In this document: piece by piece, positions 1 through 8,577 of the stretch
Numbering within the stretch: the stretch's first letter is position 1
Layout of the letters: each line of letters begins with the position of its first letter
Assembly: GCA_965199495.1 (NCBI GenBank)
Contig: CBDASK010000003.1
Location: 3,872,001-3,936,000 of the forward strand
Length of the DNA stretch: 64,000 nt
From: Abditibacterium sp.
GTDB taxonomy: Bacteria; Armatimonadota; Abditibacteriia; Abditibacteriales; Abditibacteriaceae
Direction: 5' to 3'
The notes under the pieces: generated by a model
What the model was told of the DNA's origin: nothing
The model's database searches: none
Seen by the model: only the letters and a program-made list of their open reading frames with translations
Made by a program: the position numbers and the translations under genes

Positions 1-1
1 G

Positions 2-862
2 TTGCCCAAAATTTTGGACGAACAAATTATTGACGAAGTGATATTGGAACGCGCGACGCTGGAAAAAACTCAAAAACTCAATCAGGGCGACGTTTTGGAA
101 CTCTGTTTGGAGCGCGGGCGCACCGTTTCTCTCGTGGACGACACGGCGCCGCCCGTCAACGCCAAAGTCGAGGCTTCGATGATGGGACAGATGCCGGTTT
201 TGGTGATGCACAACACGCCGCAAAACCCGCTCGCGCTGGCGATTAAGAACGTGATGGATCGGGTGTTGGCGGCGATGATGTTAGTTGTTTTGGCACCCTT
301 ATTTGCCGTTGTCGGGTTTCTCATCAAGATGCACGATGGTGGGCCGGTATTTTATTCGCAAAAGCGCGTTGGCTTGAACGGGCGCATTTTTAATTTCTAC
401 AAGTTCCGTTCGATGGACGTAAACGCCTCGGAGATTTTGGAGAAACTCCGCATCGAAGACCGCGCCTATTACGATTCGATCAACGTGATGGAAGAGCCGT
501 TTTTCAAGGCGCCCGACGACCAAGACCCGCGCATCACACCGATTGGCCGCTTCATTCGCAAGTATTCGATTGACGAGTTGCCGCAGTTTTGGAACGTCTT
601 CAAAGGCGATATGAGTCTGGTCGGCCCGCGCCCGCCGTTGCCCAAAGAAGTCGCCGAACTGGCGCCGTGGCAACGTCGCAAATTGTCGGTCAAAGGCGGT
701 TTAACTTGCATCTGGCAGGCGAGCGGGCGCAACGACATCAAAGAAACCGACGAATGGATGCGGATGGATTTGGAATATATCGACAACTGGAGTTTGTGGC
801 TGGACGTGAAATTATTGTTCAAAACGGTGAAAACCGTCGTTAGAGCCAAAGGCGCCAGCTAA
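2..862 (+). CDS. Undecaprenyl-phosphate sugar phosphotransferase (WcaJ/WbaP-like sugar transferase), 5' truncated by window edge
   Basis: Motifs FYSQKRVGLNG, YKFRSM, DPRITPIGRFIRKYSIDELPQFWNV, GDMSLVGPRP, MDLEYIDNWSLWLD. Confidence 0.95.
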   Translation: MPKILDEQIIDEVILERATLEKTQKLNQGDVLELCLERGRTVSLVDDTAPPVNAKVEASMMGQMPVLVMHNTPQNPLALAIKNVMDRVLAAMMLVVLAPLFAVVGFLIKMHDGGPVFYSQKRVGLNGRIFNFYKFRSMDVNASEILEKLRIEDRAYYDSINVMEEPFFKAPDDQDPRITPIGRFIRKYSIDELPQFWNVFKGDMSLVGPRPPLPKEVAELAPWQRRKLSVKGGLTCIWQASGRNDIKETDEWMRMDLEYIDNWSLWLDVKLLFKTVKTVVRAKGAS

Positions 863-877
863 TTTGGAGGTGAAATC

Positions 878-1144
878 ATGGTAACTTTAGAAATCGCGGC
901 TCCCGAATTTGTGCGTCGTTTTCAGGCGGGCGAAATTCCCGGCGACGCGCGCGTGACGGTCACCTACGAAGCCAACGAAAACGATGCGGCATTGGATATA
1001 ATTGAGCGCAGACTCGCCAAGGTGCCAACAGATGCAGCGGCAATCGAAGAAGCCGAAGATGAATTGCGCGAATTGTAATTAGCCCTCAACTCGACACGAC
1101 GCGCAGCGGGCGCGCGGATTTTATATCCCGATGTGATCGAATGA
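878..1144 (+). pseudogene. Putative antitoxin partner of the PIN toxin, interrupted by in-frame TAA at 1076-1078
   Basis: GGAGGT SD before ATG 878; frame continues after TAA (LALNSTRRAAGARILYPDVIE) to TGA 1142-1144, overlapping the PIN start as ATGA. Confidence 0.6.
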
Positions 1145-1608
1145 GCCTTTATATCGTGCTTGACACTGGGCCTTTAGGGATTGCCAGTAATCCTAAAGAG
1201 CCGCCGCTCACAGTCGAATTATTACAATGGGCCATGCGTCATATTCGTCAAGGTAATATATTTTTGGTGCCCGCAATGGCCGATTACGAAGTGCGGCGCG
1301 AGTTGACTCGTTTGGGGAAAACTGCGAGACTTCGCGAACTTGATCGGTGGAACGATATTCCCTCAGATCGCTATCTTCCGCTCTCGGATTCAGCCCTCAA
1401 GCGAGCCGCGACTTTGTGGGCACAGGTGCGTAATCAAGGATTGATAACCGCTGATCCCAAAGAACTCGATTGTGACGCGCTAATCGCGGCTCAGGCTTTG
1501 GAATATCAGGAGAGACATGGCCTTTCGGGTGACGAAATCGTTGTTGCGACCACGAACGTTGGCCATCTTTCGCGTTTCGTCAGAGCGGAATTGTGGTCGG
1601 ATATTTAA
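1141..1608 (+). CDS. PIN-domain (VapC-like) ribonuclease toxin
   Basis: N-terminal IVLDTGPLG, ADYEVRREL, LDCDALIAAQA, ATTNVGHLSRF acidic PIN motifs. Confidence 0.88.
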   Translation: MSLYIVLDTGPLGIASNPKEPPLTVELLQWAMRHIRQGNIFLVPAMADYEVRRELTRLGKTARLRELDRWNDIPSDRYLPLSDSALKRAATLWAQVRNQGLITADPKELDCDALIAAQALEYQERHGLSGDEIVVATTNVGHLSRFVRAELWSDI

Positions 1609-1684
1609 AGCGAAATCGCGAAAAAACGACGTTTTCGCTGGTCGTTTACACTCGTGTTCCCAAATAAATCACTGCACTGGCGCC

Positions 1685-1767
1685 AATTGGAACTTGTGGC
1701 TCGACGTAAACTTGATGTTCAAGACCATAAAAACCGTCGCTAAAGCCAAAGGCGCCAACTAATTTGG
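1685..1767 (+). repeat. Degenerate direct repeat of the sugar transferase 3' end (copy of 785-867)
   Basis: Encodes NWNLWLDVNLMFKTIKTVAKAKGAN* versus NWSLWLDVKLLFKTVKTVVRAKGAS*; both followed by TTTGG; offset exactly 900 bp. Confidence 0.9.
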
Positions 1768-1837
1768 TTTTTTAATTGTCCGCCGTCCGCGAATTTGGAG
1801 AAATGGCGCACTGCGCCAGCTCAATCATTTTTAACTC

Positions 1838-2896
1838 GTGAAATTAATTTCTCATCGCCCGCGCGTGGCCGTCATCGGCTACGGATTCTGGGGCCGCGCC
1901 GCGCATAGCCCTTTAATTCAAATGGCACCCGCTCTCGAACTGCGCGGAGTGGCTTCGTCCGACGCGGTCAAGCGCGCGCAAATCGAAAACGATTTGGATT
2001 GCCACGCCTATGCTTCGTTTGACGAAGTGATCGCCGACTCAAACGTTGATGTCGTCGTGTTAGCCACGCCGACGCACACTCATGCGCCGCTCGCGATTGC
2101 GGCTTTGAATGCGGGCAAGCACGTCGTGACCGATAAAGCGATGTGCCTGTCGCTCGCCGAATGCGACGCGATGATCGAGGCCGCGCGCACCAACGACAAA
2201 TTGCTGACGGTTTTTCAGAACCGGCGACGCGACGGCGATTTTCTGACAGTTCAAAAATTGATCGGCGACGGCGAGTTGGGCGAAGTCAACTGGATCGAAA
2301 TGGCGTGGCAGGGCTTTGGCCCGTGGGGCAGTTGGCGCGGCGAGCGCGCCAAAGGCGGCGGGCGCTTTTATGATTTGGGCGCGCACTTGATCGATCAATT
2401 GTTGGCGCTTTTTCCCGACCCAATTGAGAGCGTTTACTGCCGGATGCAACGCGATTTCGCCGATATGGACGTGGAAAGCGAGGCTTTGATTATCGTCAAC
2501 TTTGCCGGTGGCTCTACGGGGCGACCGCGCACCGGCATTTGCGATTTGTCGAGTTTGTGCGCGATTAGCAAACCGCGTTTTCTGGTGCATGGCAGCGCGG
2601 CGACGTTTTGCAAAAGCGGACTCGATCCGCAGGAAGACGCGCTCAAAGCGGGCGATATTGATGCGGCGGTCGAAGCGCCCGAAAATTATGGATTGCTGAA
2701 AAGCAACGCGGGCGAGCGCCGCGTGCCGACCCTACCGGGCCGTTGGCGCGATTTCTACGAAAATCTGGGCGCCGTCCTGACGCAGGGCGAGGCGCCGCTT
2801 GTGCCCATCGAAGATTCGCGCCGCGCCATGAGCGTGATTGACGCGGCGTTGCAAGCGGCCACAAGCGGCGAAGTCGTTCATTTTGATGTGCGATAG
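1838..2896 (+). CDS. Gfo/Idh/MocA family oxidoreductase (YdgJ/IolW-like)
   Basis: VIGYGFWG Rossmann motif, AGKHVVTDKA, VFQNRR, YDLGAHLIDQ. Confidence 0.92.
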   Translation: MKLISHRPRVAVIGYGFWGRAAHSPLIQMAPALELRGVASSDAVKRAQIENDLDCHAYASFDEVIADSNVDVVVLATPTHTHAPLAIAALNAGKHVVTDKAMCLSLAECDAMIEAARTNDKLLTVFQNRRRDGDFLTVQKLIGDGELGEVNWIEMAWQGFGPWGSWRGERAKGGGRFYDLGAHLIDQLLALFPDPIESVYCRMQRDFADMDVESEALIIVNFAGGSTGRPRTGICDLSSLCAISKPRFLVHGSAATFCKSGLDPQEDALKAGDIDAAVEAPENYGLLKSNAGERRVPTLPGRWRDFYENLGAVLTQGEAPLVPIEDSRRAMSVIDAALQAATSGEVVHFDVR

Positions 2897-2944
2897 AAAC
2901 TATCGCTCTCCATTGTGAAAGGCTGTATTACAAAACGCCCGCGA

Positions 2945-3451
2945 TTAACGACGAATCGCGGGTGTTCTTGGTTTGGGCACTTGGGCTTCCAGCAGTTCGA
3001 TAATGCGATCTTGTTGCTGCAACAGTTGTTGGTTTTGCTGCACCAAAATTTGGTTTTGTGCGGTCTGCAAAACCATGAAACGCAGCATCGCTTCCGAGAC
3101 CGCTTGCGTGGCCTGATCGGCGGTCTGGGCTTGATTGCGCAACTGATAATAATCGTTCAGCAATTGCCCGATGGCGGCGCGCGCCAGTTCAGGCGTAGTC
3201 ACGGCCTGCCCGTAAGTCAGCAGCAAATTATCGGCGTTCTGAGTGCGCTCGGAGTTTTGGATGGATTGCGCCAGCGAGCCAGCCGTCACGGCCTGACCCG
3301 TTTGAATCGTGGGCGTTTGCGCGGCCAAATTGGGGTTGCGCGGGCCAACCGGTTGAGCCGTGGCTGTCGCCGACAGAGCAGCCACGCCGCCGCAGAGGAG
3401 CAAAAGTGTGGTAAGGCGCGGCGCAGAAAAACAAGAACGAGGGGAAAACAT
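2945..3451 (-). CDS. Hypothetical secreted Gln-rich protein
   Basis: Signal-peptide-like N-terminus (LLLLCGGVAALSATATA-Q), Gln-rich coiled-coil-like C-terminus; fills gap between neighbouring genes. Confidence 0.7.
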   Translation of the reverse strand: MFSPRSCFSAPRLTTLLLLCGGVAALSATATAQPVGPRNPNLAAQTPTIQTGQAVTAGSLAQSIQNSERTQNADNLLLTYGQAVTTPELARAAIGQLLNDYYQLRNQAQTADQATQAVSEAMLRFMVLQTAQNQILVQQNQQLLQQQDRIIELLEAQVPKPRTPAIRR

Positions 3452-3598
3452 AGTTGGAGCAGTTTGACCGTTGATAACCGAGTTTGAGGCAGTTTTAGCG
3501 AAATGTCTAATGCAAATCGTCAGCGTTATTCAAATTGCGCCGAAAGGAAGTTTCTGTGCTGTGATTAACTCTGCGTTTCCCTGTTGCAAATTCCCCTT

Positions 3599-4588
3599 AT
3601 GAACTCCGAATTTTTTCGCGATAAAAAATGTTTAGTGACCGGCGGCCTCGGTTTTATCGGCTCCAATCTGGCGCACGCCCTGTTAAAGGCGGGCGCGCAT
3701 GTTACCTTAGTGGATTCGCTGATTCCCGAATATGGCGGCAACTTGTTCAACGTCGAGGACATCGAATCGCAAATCCGCATTAATATCTCCGATGTGCGCG
3801 ACCGTTTCTCGATGCGCGCTTTGGTCAAAGACCAGGATTTCCTGTTCAATCTGGCGGGCCAGACTTCGCATCTCGATTCGATGCACAATCCCTACGCCGA
3901 TTTGGAAATTAACTGTCACGCGCAAATTTCGATTTTGGAAGCGTGCCGCCATTACAATCCCGATTTGAAATTGATTTTCGCTTCGACGCGCCAACTTTAT
4001 GGCAAGCCCGATTATCTGCCGGTTGACGAACAGCATCTCAAGCGGCCCGTGGATGTCAATGGCATCAACAAAATGGCGGGCGAATGGTATCACATTCTTT
4101 ATAATAACGTTTACGGCATCCGCTCGTGCGCCTTGCGCCTGACCAACACTTACGGCCCGCGCATGAGAGTGATGGACGCGCGCCAGACTTTTCTGGGCAT
4201 CTGGGTCAAACAGGCGATTGCGGGCGCGCCGTTCGAGGTCTGGGGCGGCGACCAACTGCGCGATTTCACTTATGTTGACGATTGCATCAGCGCGATGCTG
4301 TTGGCCGCGTGTAATCCCGCCGCCGATGGCCAGATTTTCAATCTGGGTGGCCAAAAACCGCTCGCCCTGCGCACGATGGCTGAATTGTTGATCGAAGAAA
4401 ACGAGGGGCGCGGCAGTTTTGAAATCAAAGAGTTTCCCGCCGAACGCAAAAAAATCGACATCGGCGATTACTACTGCGATTGGACGCTCATCAAAGAAAA
4501 ATTGGGCTGGCAGCCAAAAGTAGATGAGCGCGAAGGTTTGCGCAAAACGCTCGATTTCTATCGCGAAAATATCGCGCAATATTTGTGA
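3599..4588 (+). CDS. NAD-dependent epimerase/dehydratase
   Basis: VTGGLGFIGS, LRLTNTYGPR, RDFTYVDD; start placed at ATG 3599. Confidence 0.93.
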   Translation: MNSEFFRDKKCLVTGGLGFIGSNLAHALLKAGAHVTLVDSLIPEYGGNLFNVEDIESQIRINISDVRDRFSMRALVKDQDFLFNLAGQTSHLDSMHNPYADLEINCHAQISILEACRHYNPDLKLIFASTRQLYGKPDYLPVDEQHLKRPVDVNGINKMAGEWYHILYNNVYGIRSCALRLTNTYGPRMRVMDARQTFLGIWVKQAIAGAPFEVWGGDQLRDFTYVDDCISAMLLAACNPAADGQIFNLGGQKPLALRTMAELLIEENEGRGSFEIKEFPAERKKIDIGDYYCDWTLIKEKLGWQPKVDEREGLRKTLDFYRENIAQYL

Positions 4589-4774
4589 GGCGCCGAAACC
4601 CCCTCTGTCCTTACGGACATCTCCCCCTTCGTAAAGGGGAGAAAAATTGCGTTAGTTTCTGGCGTTAGTCGCGATTTTGAAGTCTCGAATACCGCATTAA
4701 ACTATCGCTCAATTTCTCCCCTTTACGAAGGGGGAGATGTCCGTAAGGACAGAGGGGGTTTCGGCGCCTTACAA
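4583..4774. repeat. Long inverted-repeat (REPIN/MITE-like) element, about 60 bp arms
   Basis: aggcgccgaaaccccctctgtccttacggacatctcccccttcgtaaaggggaga and its reverse complement at about 4711-4769. Confidence 0.9.
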
Positions 4775-4792
4775 CTTCTAATTCTACTCCCC

Positions 4793-5938
4793 ATGATTCT
4801 TCAATCCAATCCGGGCGCGTCTTACTTCGCCCACAAAGTCGCCATTGATGCCGCCGTGCAAAGCTGTCTGGAAAGCCGCTGGTATATTCTGGGCGCGCAG
4901 GTCAAAACGTTCGAGGCCGAATTCTCGCAATTTCTGAACGGCGAGACCGAGGTTCAAACCGTCGGCGCTAATTCGGGCACTGACGCGCTCGAACTGGCAA
5001 TGCGCGCGCTCGAAATCGGGCCGGGCGACATCGTGTTCGCGCCCTCGCACACCGCCGTGGCGACTGTCACCGCCATTGATCTTGTGGGAGCCACGCCGCG
5101 TTACGTGGACATTGACCCGCGTTGTTATACAATGTCGGTTCACGATTTACGCGACGCGATCCAAGCCGCGCGCGCCGAAAATATCGGCGTTCCAAAAGCG
5201 ATTATCGCGGTTCATTTGTATGGGCAATCGGCGTATTTGTCGGAATTGACCCAAATCGCGCGCGAAAATAATCTTTATCTCATCGAAGATTGCGCGCAAT
5301 CGCATGGCGCGACGCATCACGGCCAAGTCACCGGAACCGTGGGCGAGGTCGCCGATTTTTCGTTTTATCCGACCAAAAATCTGGGCGCTTTGGGCGATGG
5401 TGGCGCCTTGGTTTCGCGCGACGCTGAAGTCGCTGAGCGCGCACGTTTGCTGCGCGAATACGGTTGGAAAGAGCGTTACGTTTCGCATTTGCGCGGCATG
5501 AACACGCGATTGGACGAACTGCAAGCCGCGATTTTGCGCGTCAAATTGCCGTATTTGGCGCGCGCCAACGCGCGGCGCGGCGAATTAGCGCAGATTTACA
5601 TGAATCAGTTAGGCGAAACCGGATTGGGTTTGCCGCACGTTTTTCCCGAAAACGGGCACGTCTGGCATCAATTCGTGGTGCGCGTGCCGCAAACATTTAA
5701 GGCGGGCAATCGCGACGATTTGCAAACACATCTCAAGGCGCAGAATATAGGCAGTCTGGTGCATTATCCCGTGCCGATTCATTTGCAACCGGCCTATGCC
5801 AACCACTTTACGCGTCCGTTGCCCCACACCGAAAGCGCCGCGCGCGAAGTTTTGAGTCTGCCGATTTATCCAGAACTCACCGACGACGAGGCCAGCCACG
5901 TCGCCCGCACGATTCGCGATTGGAGCGCGGGCGGTTGA
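4793..5938 (+). CDS. DegT/DnrJ/EryC1/StrS family PLP-dependent aminotransferase
   Basis: ANSGTDALELA, IEDCAQSHG, FSFYPTKNLGALGDGG, NTRLDELQAA. Confidence 0.95.
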   Translation: MILQSNPGASYFAHKVAIDAAVQSCLESRWYILGAQVKTFEAEFSQFLNGETEVQTVGANSGTDALELAMRALEIGPGDIVFAPSHTAVATVTAIDLVGATPRYVDIDPRCYTMSVHDLRDAIQAARAENIGVPKAIIAVHLYGQSAYLSELTQIARENNLYLIEDCAQSHGATHHGQVTGTVGEVADFSFYPTKNLGALGDGGALVSRDAEVAERARLLREYGWKERYVSHLRGMNTRLDELQAAILRVKLPYLARANARRGELAQIYMNQLGETGLGLPHVFPENGHVWHQFVVRVPQTFKAGNRDDLQTHLKAQNIGSLVHYPVPIHLQPAYANHFTRPLPHTESAAREVLSLPIYPELTDDEASHVARTIRDWSAGG

Positions 5939-6272
5939 TTTGATGCGTTCTTACTTTACCGCTTGCGGCTTGAAAAGGTAGCAAAGAAATCGGCGAAATG
6001 TCGCCCCGATTGCGCAACTGAATTTTCAGACCTTACCTGCGAGCGATGTCGCAAACCACGAGTTGGGCGCGCCAAAAGTTACTGCATCATTTGGGTTTTA
6101 ACGGTTACATACGGACTTATGACAAACGCATTCCGTTTTATAAACTCAACCATAAATATTTGGTGAGTTTTTGAAATCATTCTGCATTTCTTCTCATCCA
6201 CAAGGATAACTCCAAGATATAATATTTGAAGAACTTGTGCGTTGTCTTAACACTCGCTCGGAAACGTAGAAC

Positions 6273-7388
6273 ATGACAAAAATTCCCGACAAAACAACGC
6301 CAATCAAATCTATCAAGCATAGGTTAAGTCGGCGATTGTTGCCTCGGAAATGGCGGGAAAATGGCGCTCCCAATTTTAACCCCTTGCTGTTTGCCAAAAG
6401 GGCGATTCGAGTGGCAACCGTGCGAAAACTTTCTCCCGCCGGTTTCGTGCTGGAAACGCTGGAAGCTGGCGGCCCTGAACGTCTGAATGCGTGGATGGCC
6501 GACATTTCGGCGCGTTCGCGCGAATTGTCGGGCGTTGTCCCCTATGAGTTGAGCGTGGCGGCACAAATCATGGCGGCGGCGATGCCTTATCTTAAAAACG
6601 TGCCCCATTGCGCATTGCAAATGGGGTCGGGGCGTGTGCCCGGCTCCGACGTGGCTCTGTGTTTGGCGGGAGTAAAACAGGCGTGGAGCATTGAGCCTTA
6701 TCGCTCGTCGCGGCCCGACGTGTCCGCCATTCTGGCTGCTCTATGCGAACAGGTGCGCGCGGCCCATCCTTGGTATGCTTTGCGGGCGAGTTGTGGGGCT
6801 GTTTCGGTGCCCGCTTTGAACATCCCGGAATGCCGAGAATTAGATGAAAATCACTGGCAAATCGGTGAAAGCGAGTTGCGCCATTTCGCGGGTCGCACCG
6901 CAGAGGCGACGGGTTTGGCCGATGAATGCGCCGATTTCGTGTGGTCGTGCGCGGTATTTGAACATGTGGACGATCCTCAAGCGTGTTTGCGCGAAGCGTT
7001 TCGCCTGTTGCGGCCCGGTGGCGTGACGACGCACTTCATTGATCTACGGGATCACCGCGATTTCTCGCAGCCTTTGCGCTTTTTGCAGCAGTCGCACGAC
7101 GCCTGGCAAGAAACGCAACGCGTTCGCGCCACACCGCCGGGCGATTTTACCAATCGTTGGCGCGCTCCGCAGTGGGAGCGCGCGGCGCGCGAAGAAGGTT
7201 TTGAAATTCTGGAAGCACATTCACACGAATCGCTTTCTATCGAGCAGGTGCGTGCAGAACGCCCACGCTTAAGTCCGGAGTTCGAGAATTATAGCGATGA
7301 AGAACTTTCCGTGTTGACGCTTCATTTGACGCTACGCAAACCTGACAACTCATCTTTGGACTCACAACAAATTGAATTATCTCCATGA
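6273..7388 (+). CDS. Class I SAM-dependent methyltransferase (start uncertain)
   Basis: LQMGSG motif I-like, DFVWSCAVFEHV, RLLRPGG, IDLRDH. Confidence 0.8.
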   Translation: MTKIPDKTTPIKSIKHRLSRRLLPRKWRENGAPNFNPLLFAKRAIRVATVRKLSPAGFVLETLEAGGPERLNAWMADISARSRELSGVVPYELSVAAQIMAAAMPYLKNVPHCALQMGSGRVPGSDVALCLAGVKQAWSIEPYRSSRPDVSAILAALCEQVRAAHPWYALRASCGAVSVPALNIPECRELDENHWQIGESELRHFAGRTAEATGLADECADFVWSCAVFEHVDDPQACLREAFRLLRPGGVTTHFIDLRDHRDFSQPLRFLQQSHDAWQETQRVRATPPGDFTNRWRAPQWERAAREEGFEILEAHSHESLSIEQVRAERPRLSPEFENYSDEELSVLTLHLTLRKPDNSSLDSQQIELSP

Positions 7389-8572
7389 ACCAATCCGATG
7401 AAGAACTCTTGCCTTTTAACAAGGTCGCGTTGCTGTTGGGTTGGTTTCAACTCGGCGGCGCGGAACGGCAAGCGTTTTTGTTGGCGCGCGAATTATACGC
7501 GCGCGGCGTGGCCGTCGAGATGTGGGCTTTTGAAAGCGATGGCACGCGCGCTGGCGACGATGTGACCACGTTGTGCGATGCCGCCGGAATTGCGTGGCGC
7601 ACTTTGCCGCGACCGATGGGCAAAAGTTCGTTAGTCGCGAATTTGCTCAGTTTATGGCGCGTGTTTTGGGCCATGCGCAACGCGCGCGCCGACGTGATAT
7701 TGGGTTATACGTTGCTGCCCAATGTCATAGTTGGTCTGATGTGGCGCGCTTGCAATGCGCGCGCGTTTTTGTGGGGCCAACGTTCGGGCGATTACGAGTT
7801 CGTCGGGCATCGTTTAGAGCGTATAGCCGTTAGTCGCACGCGCGTTTTTACTTCTAACTCGCATCACGCCGCGCAGTTTTTGCAGCAGTCTTACGGCGTG
7901 GCTGCTGATGCCGTTCACGTCATTCCCAACGGATTGTATTTGAAAGCGCCTCTGCGGACGCGTTATGCTTGGCGGGGCGAATTGCAATCGAGCGAAACGC
8001 GCGTTATCACGTCAATGGTGGCGCATCTCTGCGGTTACAAAGACCACGCGATGCTGGTGCGGGCGTGGGCGCGCGTTGTCAATTGGGAGCGCGCCAATGG
8101 GCGCGCCGAAGACGAAATGCCGTTGCTGGTGTTGGCCGGGCGTTTTGAAGACGCAACCGACGAAGTTCGTCAACTGATTGATTCGTTTCATCTTGGGCGA
8201 TACGTCAAACTGTTGGGCGCCGTCGAAGATGTCACCGGCTTGCTGGAAGCGAGCGATTTATGCGCATTTTGCTCCCAAGTTGAGGGCGTGCCCAACGGCG
8301 TTTTGGAAGCGATGGCGTGTGGTTTAGCGGTTGTCGGCTCCGATATCCCCGGTGTGCGCGAGGCTGTTGGCGAAGAAAACGCGGCGTTTCTGGCGCCTTC
8401 GGGCGATGACGAGGCGCTCAGCCACTTGTTATTACGCTTCCTGAATGACGCCTCACTGCGCCAAAAAGTCGGCCAAGCCAACCGCCGCCGCACAGCCACG
8501 TCGCATTCGCCTTCCGCTTTGTGCGAGCGTTATCTGGCCCTTATCAACGCGGAATTGTCCGCAAGGAACTAA
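7385..8572 (+). CDS. Glycosyltransferase family 4
   Basis: GGAERQ, VIPNG, EGVPNGVLEAMACG. Confidence 0.92.
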   Translation: MNQSDEELLPFNKVALLLGWFQLGGAERQAFLLARELYARGVAVEMWAFESDGTRAGDDVTTLCDAAGIAWRTLPRPMGKSSLVANLLSLWRVFWAMRNARADVILGYTLLPNVIVGLMWRACNARAFLWGQRSGDYEFVGHRLERIAVSRTRVFTSNSHHAAQFLQQSYGVAADAVHVIPNGLYLKAPLRTRYAWRGELQSSETRVITSMVAHLCGYKDHAMLVRAWARVVNWERANGRAEDEMPLLVLAGRFEDATDEVRQLIDSFHLGRYVKLLGAVEDVTGLLEASDLCAFCSQVEGVPNGVLEAMACGLAVVGSDIPGVREAVGEENAAFLAPSGDDEALSHLLLRFLNDASLRQKVGQANRRRTATSHSPSALCERYLALINAELSARN

Positions 8573-8577
8573 ATTTT

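Noticed and set aside
1517..1762. 81 aa ORF ending like the sugar transferase
   Set aside because: Only its tail is meaningful and is the duplicated gene end; it overlaps the PIN gene out of frame
5963..6166. 67 aa ORF in the AT-rich gap
   Set aside because: TTG start, atypical composition and no motif; more likely a promoter region
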